Assembly: GCA_963826525.1 (NCBI GenBank)
Contig: CAWGXH010000004.1
Span: 512,001 to 576,000, forward strand
From: an uncultured Methanomicrobiaceae archaeon
Lineage (GTDB): Archaea > Halobacteriota > Methanomicrobia > Methanomicrobiales > Methanoculleaceae
Reading direction: 5' to 3'
DNA length: 64,000 nt
Under the pieces are notes generated by a model. It was not told the DNA's origin. It searched no databases and saw nothing but the letters and a program-made list of their open reading frames with translations. Below, piece after piece: positions 1 to 13,021 of the stretch (position 1 is its first letter; each line of letters opens with the position of its first letter). A program made the position numbers and the translations under genes.

Positions 1-762
1 GTTCAGAAACGCCAGATATTCGCTCGTCCGGCCGCGGTAGTAGTCCCAGACGAACTGCACGAGCGTAAAGAGCGCCACGATCAGGGCGAAGAGCACCATC
101 GTCGGCATCGTGTAGAGGCCGAGGAGGTAGGCGATGCCGGCGAGAACCGCAAGGAGCCCGGGGCCTTTGAGGGTCTCAAACTTCCGGATATCGAAGCCGG
201 GCCTGCGCACGGCGATCAGCGCGACGATGTATGCCAGCGCAAAGAGCGTCGAGAAGAGCACCTCCGCGATGTGGTGGTCCACAAAGCCGAAGAGCGACCG
301 GTAGACGTACTGTCCCGATACGACGGCGATCAGTCCTGCCGAGAGAAGGCCGGTCTTCCAGTCCGCCAGCTTCGCACCGAGGCCGTACATGATCGGCACC
401 ATAGCCGCAGCCATCAGCGGCGGCACCCACGACGCCACCACCATGATCTCGGGACGGGTGGCGGCACCGGTCAGGATGGAGAGCGTCGAGATGATGGAGA
501 TGAAGAGCGGACCCCAGTAGATCGTCTCCCCGTACGGGAAGTACGTCATCGCGTCGAACCAGGCATACCCGGGATAGTTCGCGACCATCTGCTCAACCTG
601 CCGGAGGTTGTACCAGGGATCGTTTCCGAGGAGATCGACCCCGGCGGGAGTAATCATCTGATCTGCAGCGATAACCCGTATCCAGAGTGCGAACACGGAA
701 AAGACGATGAGTAATGCGATAATAATGTACGTCCGATACTTATTCAGTTCTGCTCGAGCCAT
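1..762 (-). CDS. aglB: Oligosaccharyltransferase AglB/STT3, N-terminal part (runs off window start)
   Basis: Manual translation from ATG 762 gives MARAELNKYRTYIIIALLIVF...LLGNDPWYNLRQVEQMVANYPGYAWFDAMTYFPYGETIYWGPLF, the STT3 N-terminal DPWY motif followed by TM helices. Last gene of a sugar-nucleotide operon. Confidence 0.9.
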   Translation of the reverse strand, partial: MARAELNKYRTYIIIALLIVFSVFALWIRVIAADQMITPAGVDLLGNDPWYNLRQVEQMVANYPGYAWFDAMTYFPYGETIYWGPLFISIISTLSILTGAATRPEIMVVASWVPPLMAAAMVPIMYGLGAKLADWKTGLLSAGLIAVVSGQYVYRSLFGFVDHHIAEVLFSTLFALAYIVALIAVRRPGFDIRKFETLKGPGLLAVLAGIAYLLGLYTMPTMVLFALIVALFTLVQFVWDYYRGRTSEYLAFLN

Positions 763-854
763 CAGACCCTCCTTCTGTTACGTTTCTGTTTCTCTGTATA
801 CCATTAATAAAGTTGGCCTCTGCCCGGACTATCGAGACCAAAAGCGGGCTTAAT

Positions 855-2001
855 TCAGGAAGAACCCGTGATTCTCTCGAAGATCTCTTCGAATGCAGCT
901 GCTTTGCTCCGCCAGTCTGTGTTCGCTGGACCAGGGAATCGTAGCGGACAGGCCGCTCCGCAATCTCGAGGACTTTCGCGGCGAACTCGTCCGCCGTCCG
1001 GTAGGTGAAGAGGTGGTCGCCGCCCATCCGGATCATATCGGGGATCGGCGTCGAGAGGATCGGTTTCCCGCAGGCGGAGTACTCGAAGGTACTTGTTCGG
1101 GAGAGCGATGTCGATCCACTGCGGCGGCGAGAGCGGGATGGTGCAGAGATCCATCGGCGCGATATATCGGGGCATATCCCGGTACTCGACCGCCCCGGTG
1201 AAGATGACCCGGTCGCCGATCCCGAGTTCCGACGCGAGCTGCTTGAGTTCTTCCGAGTAGTTCGTGAAGAGCGAGCCGCCGACGATCAGGAGATATGCGT
1301 CCGGCCGGCCGGCGAGAACCCGCCGGAACACCCGGATCACCTCGTCGAGCGCATACCACCGCTCGACCGCACCCGCAAAGCCGAGGACGAAGGCATCGTC
1401 CGGGATCCCGAGGGAGGAGCGCATCGCCCGTCCGTCCAGAGGCCGGAAGAGGTCGGTGTTGACGCCGTTCGTTATCAGCTCCGCCGAGTATCCATAGTTT
1501 CTGAGTTTCTCGACGAGCCCGGGCGAGACCGTGGTGATGAGATCGCTCCGGTCGAGGTTGTAGCGGGTGATCGCGAGCACGCCGCTCTTGAGCGCCCACT
1601 GCAGGGCGGGGTTTTTGTAGTATGCCGCAGCGGAGTCCGGGAACCAGTCCTTGAGGTCGAAGATGACCGGGACGTCGTACTTCTTCGCGGCATGGATCAT
1701 GGCCGTCCCGGCGAGGACGTGGGCACCGACCACCACGTCGATATCGTTCTCCCGGATGATATCCCGGAGCACCCGGTAGTGGTGGGGCGCGTTGAGCGTA
1801 TAGTGGAGAAGCGGGCTTTCGACCGGGTACTTCGTCGCCTCGTGGACGACGAGCCGCGTCTCCCGCTCAGGCCCGCGGCTCACGTGGAAGTGCGGGACGT
1901 GCACCTCGTGGCGGAGGGCGAGCTCCTCGAAGATATTGTGGTGCCTGCGACGGGATCGGGTGGTGGATGTAGTCCTGGGTCGAGACGAGGAGGATCTTCA
2001 T
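855..2001 (-). CDS. Glycosyltransferase family 4 (frameshifted)
   Basis: Starts MKILLVSTQDY at 2001; contains ITNGVNTDLF, FAGAVERW and ALPNKY(F)EY GT-B motifs. Indels near 1950, 1088 and about 930. Confidence 0.85.
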
Positions 2002-2007
2002 GGGCTG

Positions 2008-3100
2008 TCACTGATCGATTTCAGGCTTGTAGCAGATGCGGGCGAGGTCGTCGTCCGTCACCTGCGGGTGGACGGGGAGACTCAGCACGGAGGCTGCGAG
2101 CCGTTCGGAGACGGGGCAGCGGCAGCCTTCCGCCGCCGACCGGTAGACCGGCTGCTCGTGGATCGGGATCGGGTAGTGGACGGCGCTGCCGATCCCCTCC
2201 TCGTGCAGGCGCTGCATGAGCTCGTCCCGCGAGAGCGGGAACGACGCCGGCACCGTGACTACGTACTGGTGGTAGACGTGCCGGACGCCGTCCATGCGGT
2301 GGGGCGGGATAAGGCCGCTCTCCCGGACGCACCGGTCGAGGTACTGCGGCGTTATGAATGCGCCGCTCGTTGAAGCCTTCGAGCCTGCCGAGCTGGACGA
2401 GGCCGACGGCGGCGCCCATATCGGTCAGGCGGAAGTTGTAGCCGATGGCGGTGTGCAGGTACTTTCTGCTCTGCCCGTGGTTGATGTACAGCCGGACCCG
2501 GTCGGCGAGGCCTGGATCGTCGGTGGTCACCATGCCGCCCTCGCCGGTGGTCATGTTCTTCGTCGGGTAGAACGAGAAGCAGCCGAAGTCGGCAAGGCCG
2601 CCGACCCGTTTGCCGTGGTACTCGGCGCCGTGCGCCTGGGCTGCATCCTCGACGAGGAGCAGGTCGTGATCGTCGCAGATCTCCCGGAGCGGCCGGACGT
2701 CGAAGGGCTGCCCGTAGAGGTGGACGCCGACGACCGCCTTCGTATCGGGTCGGAGCGCTTCGATTACGGCGTCGGGGTCGAGCGTGAACGTCCGCTCGTC
2801 GACGTCCGCAAAGACCGGGGTCGCCCCGGTCATCGAGACGCTCGTCGCGGTCGCGATGAACGAGAAGGACGGGACGACGACCGAATCGCCTGCCCCAATT
2901 CCGGCCGCGAGGAAGCCAGCGTGGAGAGCGGTCGTGCCGTTGCTGGTCGCGATCGCATGCGGAACGCCACAGTACTCGGCGAACCGGGACTCAAACTCCG
3001 CGACTTTCGGGCCGGAGGCTATCATCCCGGAACGCATCACCGCCGCGACCGCCTCGATCTCCTCCTCCCCGACAAAGGGCTTTGCAACAGGGATGTACAT
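2008..3100 (-). CDS. DegT/DnrJ/EryC1/StrS PLP sugar aminotransferase (frameshift near 2345)
   Basis: EDAAQAHG, FSFYPTKNMTTGEGG and C-terminal HVYHQY...VLSLPVHP split across two ORFs. Confidence 0.92.
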
Positions 3101-3691
3101 CAGCGCCGCTCCGCTCCGGGGGGAGCTCTCTGAACCGTGCCGGCGAGCCGACCGCGAGCGCCCGCGGCGGAACGTCCTTCGTCACCACGGCGCCGGCCGC
3201 GACGAACGCCCCTTCGCCGATCGTAACGCCGGGGACGATCGTTGCGTTTGCCCCGATGACGGCGTCGTCGCCGATCACCGGCCCTTCGAGCGGGATCTTA
3301 CCGCTCGGCGGGTAACGGTCGTTCGTGAGGACGGTGTTCGGGCCGATGAAGACCCGGCTCCCAATACGGGTGTCGGTCGGAATGTAGACCATGCTCTGGA
3401 GCCGGACATCGTCGCCGATGACCGCACTCCCCTCGATGATCGCGGCCGTGCCGATAGCGACGCGGTCGCCGATCGTCGTCTTCTCGCGGACGAGCACGTT
3501 GTGGCCGGTCTGGAAGTCGTCGCCGATCGTCACGTCGCAGTAGATGATGGTTCCCGAACGAAGGACGGCGTTCTTTCCGATCACCGCTCCCGGGAAGTCT
3601 CGCTGATCCATCCTCTCCCTCGACGGGAACCCTATCATCACGGGTTCGAATATCCGGACACCGGGGCCGATGGTATTTCTGCCGTAGTCTG

Positions 3692-3695
<4 letters not shown>
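3100..3695 (-). CDS. Hexapeptide-repeat sugar N-acetyltransferase (WbpD/WlbB-like)
   Basis: MTDYGRNTIG... with VFIGPNTVLTND and IGANATIVPGVTIGEGAFVAAGAVVTKDVP. Appears fused to glmS in the ORF track only because of the glmS frameshift; the stop is inferred at the TGA overlapping the next ATG. Confidence 0.85.
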
Positions 3696-5432
<1,737 letters not shown>

Positions 5433-5434
5433 CC

Positions 5435-6586
5435 CTAGATCACCCTGGTACCATCCTCTATGAGACCGACAACAGTTCTCCTTTCTGCAACCGTGACGTT
5501 GTTACCGACGACGCAGTTCTTAAATGTTGTGAACGGAGCGGCCTTGACGCCGTCTCCGAGCACCGCTCCGAACTCGGCCTTCATTATGCCGCCGCCGACC
5601 TCGAAGAAGGCCTCTTTCGGGTAGGTGGCGGTATGGTCGCCGAGCACGCAGCCCTGTCCGAAGACCGCGCTCACGACCCGGGAGTGCGAGCCGATCTGTA
5701 CGTCGTCCATGATGAGCGAGTCTTTCACGTAGGTGAACGGCTCGATCGCCACCCGCGAACCGATACTGGTGTCCGGCATAATGACGGTATGCGGCCCGAT
5801 CTCGCAGTCTTCTCCGATGATGACAGGGCCGTGGATAACCGTATTCGCTCCTATCGTCGTCCCCTTCCCGATCCTGACGAGACCCTGAAGGGATGCGGTG
5901 CTGCTGATCGCACCGCCGATCTCAGATGAGATCCCCCGTAGCATTCTGCCGTTGAGTTTCAGGAGGTCCCAGGAGTAGATGGCATCCTGCCAGTCTTCGG
6001 CAGGAATAGCCCGTATCCGCTCGCCGCTTGCGAGCATCGACCCTATTGCGTCGGGGAGCTCGTTGCTCGTGAGGTGGTTGAAGATCTCGCGGGTGAACGA
6101 GAAGACCCCGGTGCTGACGGTAAAGGTCGGGGCATCCTCGGGTTTCTCGATGAAGTCCTGCACAAACCCATCCCTGATCACGACGACCCCGAAGTTCGAG
6201 GGGCTCTGGTGTTCCGCGACCAGCATGGCGTTCCGCTCGCCCTTGATCCTCGCAATAGAAGCGGGGCTGATGTAGTTATCCCCGGGGAGAAGGAGGAAAT
6301 CACCGGAGATCTCCGCTTCGGCGCTCCGGAGCGCGTCGGCCGTTCCGAGCTGCCGCTCCTGCACCACGACCTGGATAGGAGCGTCGAGCTGGTTTAGGTA
6401 GCGGATCACGTGCTCTTTCCGGTACCCCACCACCACGACGATATCGCGGATACCGTTCTCGAGAAGGGCATTGATGACGTACTCGATGATCGGGCGGTCC
6501 GCGACGGGGATCATCGCTTTCGGCCTGCTCCGGGTCAGCGGGCGCAGCCGGTTTCCTTCCCCTGCTGCGAGAATTACTGCCTGCAT
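5435..6586 (-). CDS. Sugar-phosphate nucleotidyltransferase with left-handed beta-helix (GlmU-like paralog)
   Basis: LAAGEGNRLRPLT...PK motif and C-terminal hexapeptide repeats. Confidence 0.9.
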   Translation of the reverse strand: MQAVILAAGEGNRLRPLTRSRPKAMIPVADRPIIEYVINALLENGIRDIVVVVGYRKEHVIRYLNQLDAPIQVVVQERQLGTADALRSAEAEISGDFLLLPGDNYISPASIARIKGERNAMLVAEHQSPSNFGVVVIRDGFVQDFIEKPEDAPTFTVSTGVFSFTREIFNHLTSNELPDAIGSMLASGERIRAIPAEDWQDAIYSWDLLKLNGRMLRGISSEIGGAISSTASLQGLVRIGKGTTIGANTVIHGPVIIGEDCEIGPHTVIMPDTSIGSRVAIEPFTYVKDSLIMDDVQIGSHSRVVSAVFGQGCVLGDHTATYPKEAFFEVGGGIMKAEFGAVLGDGVKAAPFTTFKNCVVGNNVTVAERRTVVGLIEDGTRVI

Positions 6587-6590
6587 GGTC

Positions 6591-7790
6591 TCACCGTATC
6601 ACTGTTTCGTCCTCGATGCAGCCCTCGACCAGTGAGTGAGGGGCGATCAGCACGTTGCTTCCGATCCGGCTCCCGACGTTGACGGAGCAGTTGATACCGA
6701 ACTGCACGCCGTCACCGACGATGGCGCCGAACTTCTTCCGGCCGGTGCTCTTCCCACAGACCTTCACCGGCCCGTGGTCGTGGCGGAGGTTCGCGACCTT
6801 GGTGCCGGCACCGAAGTTGCACTGCCTCCCGATGACAGAGTCGCCGATGTAGTTGAAGTGGGGTATCTTCGTTCCGGTCATGACGATGGAGTTTTTGATC
6901 TCGGCCGAGTGGCCGATATGGCAGCCGTCGCCGATGGACGTCGAGCCCCGGATGTAGGCGTGCGGCCCGATCGTGCAGTTCTCTCCGATCACGCAAGCCC
7001 CCTCGATATATGTCCCCGCCTTGATAACGGTTCCCTTCCCGACGGTCACCGTATCGGGGATAGTGACGCCCGGCTCTATTGTTCCATGCCGTTCGTGCCG
7101 CATGGCGGCAAGCAGGAGTTCGTTGGCGTCGAGGAGGTCCCACGGCTGCCCGACGTCGAGCCAGTCGCCGAGATGGTATGCCCGGAGATTCCCGGCACGA
7201 ATATAGGCTTCGAGGGCATCGGTGAGCTCGAACTCACCGCGGCCCGAGACCTTCACGCTCGTCAGGAGATCGAAGATCTCCGTATCGAAGAGGTAGGCCC
7301 CGGCGTTGATGAGGTTGCTCTTCGGGGCTTCGGATTTCTCTTCAAGCCCCGTCACGAGGCTATCCTCGACCGTCACCACCCCGTAGTCCTGCGGGTGATC
7401 GGTATGGTAGATCCCGACGCACGGGGCGGGCATTTGGAGAAATTCCCGGATATCAGCCGCTTTTAAGATCATATCGCCGTTTAAGAGGAGGAAACGATCC
7501 TTGACCAGACCCGCTGCCGCCCGCAGGGCATCGGCGGTTCCGAGCTGGTAGCGCTGGGTGACGTAGGTGATCTTCACGCCGAGCGATTCGCCCTCGCCGA
7601 AGTGATTCCGGATCTCACGCTCGCAATAGCCGACGACGAAGACGAAATCGGTGATCCCCGCATCACGTGCCGCAATGACAAGATGCTCCATCATCGGACG
7701 GTTCGCGATCGGCAGCATTACCTTCGGCCGCTTTGCAGTCAGGGGACGCATCCGTTTGCCTTCACCTGCTGCGAGTACTACACACTGCAT
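6591..7790 (-). CDS. glmU: Bifunctional UDP-GlcNAc pyrophosphorylase / glucosamine-1-phosphate acetyltransferase (archaeal GlmU)
   Basis: LAAGEGKRMRPLT, RGEFELTD, PHFNYIGDSVIG and NFGAGT motifs; lies between glmM and glmS. Confidence 0.9.
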   Translation of the reverse strand: MQCVVLAAGEGKRMRPLTAKRPKVMLPIANRPMMEHLVIAARDAGITDFVFVVGYCEREIRNHFGEGESLGVKITYVTQRYQLGTADALRAAAGLVKDRFLLLNGDMILKAADIREFLQMPAPCVGIYHTDHPQDYGVVTVEDSLVTGLEEKSEAPKSNLINAGAYLFDTEIFDLLTSVKVSGRGEFELTDALEAYIRAGNLRAYHLGDWLDVGQPWDLLDANELLLAAMRHERHGTIEPGVTIPDTVTVGKGTVIKAGTYIEGACVIGENCTIGPHAYIRGSTSIGDGCHIGHSAEIKNSIVMTGTKIPHFNYIGDSVIGRQCNFGAGTKVANLRHDHGPVKVCGKSTGRKKFGAIVGDGVQFGINCSVNVGSRIGSNVLIAPHSLVEGCIEDETVIR

Positions 7791-7812
7791 CTTAACACCA
7801 CTCCCCCGTCCA

Positions 7813-9064
7813 TCAGGAACGTTTTCCTTTGTTTAGAAGCTCGCGCCCCATTTCAATCATCTCCTTTGCTTTTTCGGACGTTTTACCCTCCGCGGTAATC
7901 CTGACCTTCGGTTCGGTCCCGCTCGCCCGGATAAGGCACCAGCCCTCTTCGTCCGCGACCCGGATACCGTGGGTGGGTTCGTCCGCACCGAGTGCCGTGA
8001 GAATATCACGGGGGGCATCGACGTGGAACGATTCCCGGAGAATGGTGTACCGGGGCATCCGGTCGAGTTCCTCGGCGATATTCCACTCCGATGCGATCTC
8101 GCAGAAGAGTGCGCCCGCGTGGATCCCGTCAGGGCAGTAGGAGTATTCGGGGAAGATCCAACTCCCGGAGGGTTCGCCGCCGAAGTCGCCCCAGGCAAGG
8201 AGCTCTTCGGAGACGAAACTGTCTCCGACCGGCGTCCGGTGCACCTCGGCGACCTCTTCGATCGCCATCGAGGCGTCGACCGTCGTCACGACCCGCTCGC
8301 TCCCGAGGTAGCTCGCAAAGAGCATCAGAAGGTGATCACCGTCAATATACCTGCCCCGCCCATCGAATGCCATCATCCGGTCGGCATCGCCGTCATGCAC
8401 GACGGCGCAGTCCGCACCGGTCTTCCGGACCATCTCCCCGACGTAGGGGAGGTTCACCTCGAGCGGCTCTGACGGGCGCGCAAATTTTCCGGAGACATTG
8501 CAGTTCAGACCGACCACGGCGGCGCCGGCGGCGGCGAGGAGATCCGGGGAGATGACGCTCCCCGCACCGTTGCCGCAGTCGAGAACCGCCTTGATCTCCC
8601 GGGAGAAGTCCACCCGGTCGAGGATCGCTTCCCGGTGGGCGGCGACCATATCGACCTCGCAGACGCTGCCCTGCTCCTGCCAGCCCGTCCAGTGCTTCTC
8701 CGTTACCAGCTGCTCGATCTCTGCCTGCTGCTGCAGGGTGAACGACGACCCGTCGGGGTTGAAGAGCTTGACGCCGTTGTACAGGTTCCGGGTTGTGCGA
8801 GGCGGTGATCATGCACCCGGCCTCGATGTTCCGTGTACCGAATGCAACCGTCGGGGTGGGAGCGATACCGCAGGAGTAGACGCTTCCTCCCGCCGAGAGC
8901 ATGCCCGCTATGGCGCTGTGCGCCAGAAGCCCGCTTGTCGTGCGGGTATCCGTACCTACGATGATCTCCGATGCACCTGCGGCAACCGCAGAACCGACCC
9001 GGAGCACCAGATCGACGAGTCCGGGGTCAAACTGCCGCCGTATTCCCGAAGAGCCAAAAAGCAT
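7813..9064 (-). CDS. glmM: Phosphoglucosamine mutase / phosphohexomutase (frameshift near 8783)
   Basis: LFGSSGIR, TASHNP, DGDADR and RASGTEPKVR motifs. Confidence 0.9.
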
Positions 9065-9100
9065 AGAGCATAATCACCCTGTTTTCCTAGAAAAAGGTAT

Positions 9101-9706
9101 TCATCGCCCGTACGGGCACCAGTGTTCCTGATCGAGCAAACCGGAGACTCCGACCGTCGAGGGGCCGAGAAAGAGCATCCGCTTCTTCCCCGACCAGGCA
9201 TCGATCGCCGCAAGCCCGGCATCGGAAACCATCCCCTGGCCGGTGATGAGGAAGATATCGGCCTCTTCAGGGTTCTGCGTCACCTGATGCCGCATCGTCT
9301 CGCTCACCACGTAGTTCTCGCCGACGAGGTAGATCCGCCCACCGCCGATCTCCGCCGCGAGGTCGGCGCGGCAGTTCCGGTAGCAGTCCGGCGTGCAGGC
9401 GTGCACCTTTCGCGCAAGGCAGAGGAAGGCCGAAACGGCGTTGATGATGACGCATGCCGCCCCCCGCTGTTTCGGGTCGGCGAGCGGAGCGCCGAACATG
9501 AACGAGACCCGGGTATTCGCCCGGACCGGATCGTTCGTGAGAAACTCCCCGGTGCCTCCGGCGTATACCGCCTCCATGCAGACGCCCTTCGGGTACTGGC
9601 ATTTCTCGGCCTCGTAGTTCACCTGCAGGGTGACGATTCCGCTTTCGCATCCGCTGTCCTGCAATCGCTGTTCCAGTTCTTTGACCGCATCATTTACAAT
9701 ACTCAT
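9101..9706 (-). CDS. Hypothetical protein (possibly DUF364-like)
   Basis: MSIVNDAVKEL... in operon position; Cys-rich middle; C-terminal FLGPST motif. Confidence 0.6.
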   Translation of the reverse strand: MSIVNDAVKELEQRLQDSGCESGIVTLQVNYEAEKCQYPKGVCMEAVYAGGTGEFLTNDPVRANTRVSFMFGAPLADPKQRGAACVIINAVSAFLCLARKVHACTPDCYRNCRADLAAEIGGGRIYLVGENYVVSETMRHQVTQNPEEADIFLITGQGMVSDAGLAAIDAWSGKKRMLFLGPSTVGVSGLLDQEHWCPYGR

Positions 9707-9707
9707 A

Positions 9708-10328
9708 TCAGATTCCTCCGGGAACTTCCCGATCGCAGAGCACCACCCGTGCCGGAGAGCCGTCGCAGCCACGGAGCCGGAGCGGCAGTGCGACCATCGT
9801 GTAGTCGCCGCCCGGCACGCCGGAGAGATCGAGGAGTTCCAGAACGGCGACCCCGTGTCCGAGGAGGTGGCGGTGGACCGAACCGTCACCGTCATATGCC
9901 TCGACCGACGGTGTGTCGATCCCGACACAGACCAGTCCGCTCTCCGTCAGCAGGCGGGCAGCCTCAAGCGAGAGGGAGGGATACGCAGGATCGAAGCGGG
10001 TCTCTTCGGAGAACCACGTCCGCAGCAGAAGGCGCTCTGCTCCGGGAAGGTGGCTTTCCAGGTGCTCTGCCGTTATCGTACCCCGGACGGACCGGAGATC
10101 CACAACCCGTGCCCGGCCTATGAGCCGTTCGAGCGGGATCTGGTCGACCGTCGCCCCGTCTTCCAGGAAGTGGGACGGCGCATCGATATGCGTCCCGCTG
10201 TGCGAGCAGAGGGAGAGCGTGCTGATTCGGGGCGTGCCGGTATCCTCCTGCACCATCGGGAAAGCGGGGTCACCCGGATAGACCACCGCCTCTTCCGAGA
10301 GTACCCGGGTGATGTCGCGGACCTTCAC
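9708..10328 (-). CDS. Cyclase-family metal hydrolase (kynurenine formamidase-like)
   Basis: HSGTHIDAPSHF, GIDTPS and DGSPAR motifs. Confidence 0.9.
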   Translation of the reverse strand: MKVRDITRVLSEEAVVYPGDPAFPMVQEDTGTPRISTLSLCSHSGTHIDAPSHFLEDGATVDQIPLERLIGRARVVDLRSVRGTITAEHLESHLPGAERLLLRTWFSEETRFDPAYPSLSLEAARLLTESGLVCVGIDTPSVEAYDGDGSVHRHLLGHGVAVLELLDLSGVPGGDYTMVALPLRLRGCDGSPARVVLCDREVPGGI

Positions 10329-10330
10329 GC

Positions 10331-10990
10331 CTATTCAGCCCCGTCCCACCCGTACTCGCCGATGAGCGGGACGAAACAGACCCCGCCGAAGGTCGTGCGC
10401 TCGATGCGCCCGTCACGCTTGACGAGCCGCACGAGCTCCTGGCAGTCCCGGGCGCCTGCCGGGGCTACCAGACGCCCTCCTTCCGCAATCTGCTCGATGA
10501 GCGGCTCCGGGATGCTCGGTGTCGCCGCAGTGACGAGGATGGCGTCGTAAGGCGCCTCCGCCGGATATCCCTTCGTCCCGTCGCCCACGATGATCCGGAC
10601 GTTCCCGACTCCCGCACGCTCGAGGTTCTTTCGGGCCTGCGCGGCCACCGACGCTATGCGCTCGATGGAGAGGACACGGTCGACGAGTTCGCCGAGGATC
10701 GCCGCCTGGTAGCCGCTGCCCGAACCGATCTCAAGCACCCTATCGCCGGGGCGGAGTTCCAGAAGCTCGGTCATGACGGCGACAATATAGGGCTGCGAGA
10801 TCGTCTGCCCTTCGCCGATCGGGAGCGGGTTATCCTGGTAGGCGGCACGCTCGTAGGCAGGAGGAACAAAAAAGTGGCGCGGAACCTTCCGCATGGCAGC
10901 AAGGAGGCGCTGGTCGCTGACGCCCCGTGCCCGGATCTGGCCTTCGACCATCGCGTGGCGAAGCTCGGTGTAGGGGTCGGCGGCGTTCAT
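10331..10990 (-). CDS. pcm: Protein-L-isoaspartate O-methyltransferase
   Basis: GQTISQPY, VLEIGSGSGYQAA and FVPLIG motifs. Confidence 0.96.
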   Translation of the reverse strand: MNAADPYTELRHAMVEGQIRARGVSDQRLLAAMRKVPRHFFVPPAYERAAYQDNPLPIGEGQTISQPYIVAVMTELLELRPGDRVLEIGSGSGYQAAILGELVDRVLSIERIASVAAQARKNLERAGVGNVRIIVGDGTKGYPAEAPYDAILVTAATPSIPEPLIEQIAEGGRLVAPAGARDCQELVRLVKRDGRIERTTFGGVCFVPLIGEYGWDGAE

Positions 10991-11012
10991 GGGTGAATTA
11001 CCAGATCCCGAA

Positions 11013-12134
11013 TCAGAACCCTGACTCGGCTTTATCGATAGCAGCGTCTATCTGTTGCTGCAGGACTGCAGGCAGCCCACTGATCTTAACATCAAGGAAC
11101 CCACGTATAATGGTTGCGGTGGCCTCCTCCTCGTTCAGGCCACGGGACATGAGATACTCGATCTCATTACGGGCGATCTTGCCGACCGCGGCTTCGTGGG
11201 AGAGCTCGGTGCCGGTCAGCCGCCCCTCGATCTCCGGGATGGCATGAATGGTGCCGTCTTTCAGGATAAGACCCCGGCACTCGATATGCCCGCGGGTCCG
11301 GTCGGTGCCGCCGAGGATATGGCCGCGGGAGATGATGGTGCCGCCCGTCGTGATGGCGCGGGTGATCAGTTCGGCGCTCGTATCCTCGGCCTCCAGAAGT
11401 GCACGGGAACCGAGATCGAGGTGCGAACCGGGCGTTGAGACGACGATGCTGCTGAACCTGCCGACGGCACCCTTCCCGGTGAGCCGGGCTGTCGGGTACA
11501 TCTGGATCTTCTTCACCGGCTGCATGCAGACGTAGTTCGAGATGAAGACGCCGCCCTCCTCGACGACGGCCATGCTCCTTGGGAAGACGCTGATGCCGGG
11601 GCTCCAGTTGTGGATCATCGTCGAGGTCACTTTTGCGTTCTTCCCGACGTAGATCTCGGTGACGCCGAGGTGTGCCCCGTGCTCTTTCTGCGACGAACTG
11701 GCGCAGCCCGAGATTAGGTGGATCTCCGCACCCTCCCGGGCAATGATGATATTGTGGACGTGCTGAACCTTCTCTTCCCGAAGGAAGAGGCATGCCTGCA
11801 ACGGCGTCGCGGAGCGGGCTCCCTCGTGAGCGATGACGACGACACCCTGCGGCGCGGTCTGGCGGGCGACGTACTCCGTATACTTGTCCTTATCCTTCGG
11901 GACGGCCTTCCAGTAGTAGTCGCTGACCCACTCGTACTTCTCGAGGGCGACGGCGATCGGCAGAATCTCGATACCTTCAGCGACGCAGGAGGACTGCACG
12001 ACCTCCTGATCGATCTGGAAGAAACTGCCGCAGCGGTTCGTCATCCCGAGATCGAGGCCGGTCAGTGCCAGGCGGTCTTTATCCTCGGGGGAGAGATTTC
12101 CTATCTCGTTCATATCTGTTTGCACGCCAGACAC
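11013..12134 (-). CDS. sufB: SufB/SufD-family Fe-S scaffold (minimal archaeal Suf/SMS system)
   Basis: GHIECRGL, ELSHEAAVGKI and YLMSRGL motifs; directly downstream of sufC. Confidence 0.88.
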   Translation of the reverse strand: MSGVQTDMNEIGNLSPEDKDRLALTGLDLGMTNRCGSFFQIDQEVVQSSCVAEGIEILPIAVALEKYEWVSDYYWKAVPKDKDKYTEYVARQTAPQGVVVIAHEGARSATPLQACLFLREEKVQHVHNIIIAREGAEIHLISGCASSSQKEHGAHLGVTEIYVGKNAKVTSTMIHNWSPGISVFPRSMAVVEEGGVFISNYVCMQPVKKIQMYPTARLTGKGAVGRFSSIVVSTPGSHLDLGSRALLEAEDTSAELITRAITTGGTIISRGHILGGTDRTRGHIECRGLILKDGTIHAIPEIEGRLTGTELSHEAAVGKIARNEIEYLMSRGLNEEEATATIIRGFLDVKISGLPAVLQQQIDAAIDKAESGF

Positions 12135-12841
12135 TCCTTGTATCCCTTTTCCTTGACGACTTTCAGGATCTCACGGGGATTGCCGTGACACCGGATCTGG
12201 CCGTCGATCATCACATGCCCCTGATCGGCATCCACGTAGTCGAGAATATACCCGGTATGGGTGATTATGAGGCCGCTCCTGTGCCGGTTGACAATATGCA
12301 CATCCTTTTCGAGGAGGTGAGCGACCTCTTCGCCCATCAGCACCATATTCTCAAGGTCGACGCCGCTCTCCGGCTCGTCGAGCATGATGAAATCGGGCTG
12401 CTGCACCTTCAGCTGGAGCACCTCACTCCTTTTGATCTCGCCGCCGGAGAACCCGACGTTGGTGTCGCGGGTCAGGAAGTTCTCCATATTGACAGACTCC
12501 GCAAGCGCCTCGATGGCGTCTTCGCCGAGATCTGACGTGGCTGCCAGCAGTTTTCCGAGTTTCAGCCCCGCTATCGCCGGCGGGCGCTGGAAGAGCATGC
12601 CGATACCGAATGCAGCCCGCTCGTGAATGGGCATGGCAGTGATATCGGTCCCCTTAAAGAATATCGAGCCGTTGGTGACTTTATAGCCCCCGAACCCCAT
12701 GATCGTCATGAGGAGGGTGCTCTTCCCCGAGCCGTTCGGCCCCATCAGGACGTGGGTCTCCCCATCCCCGATCGTGAGGTTGATGTCGTGGAGCACCTCC
12801 CGATCTTCCACCATTACGTGCAAATCCCTGATCTCCAGCAT
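12110..12841 (-). CDS. sufC: SufC-like ABC ATPase
   Basis: GPNGSGKS, NVGFSGGEIKRSE, LDEPESGVD, ITH and C-terminal CxxC. Confidence 0.9.
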   Translation of the reverse strand: MLEIRDLHVMVEDREVLHDINLTIGDGETHVLMGPNGSGKSTLLMTIMGFGGYKVTNGSIFFKGTDITAMPIHERAAFGIGMLFQRPPAIAGLKLGKLLAATSDLGEDAIEALAESVNMENFLTRDTNVGFSGGEIKRSEVLQLKVQQPDFIMLDEPESGVDLENMVLMGEEVAHLLEKDVHIVNRHRSGLIITHTGYILDYVDADQGHVMIDGQIRCHGNPREILKVVKEKGYKECLACKQI

Positions 12842-13021
12842 AAGGCAACCTGAGTATTAATTACGACGACCCACACAATAAACGCTTGCGTGAGAGCAAT
12901 TCCGTCTCCGGTGTGCATCCACGGGATTTCCGAGCGGCAGAAAACAGCCGTAACGGCGGGCGGTTCACTTTCGCACCGCACCCCGCGTACCCTCTTATAT
13001 CGACCCGTCCCGGTCCATAGT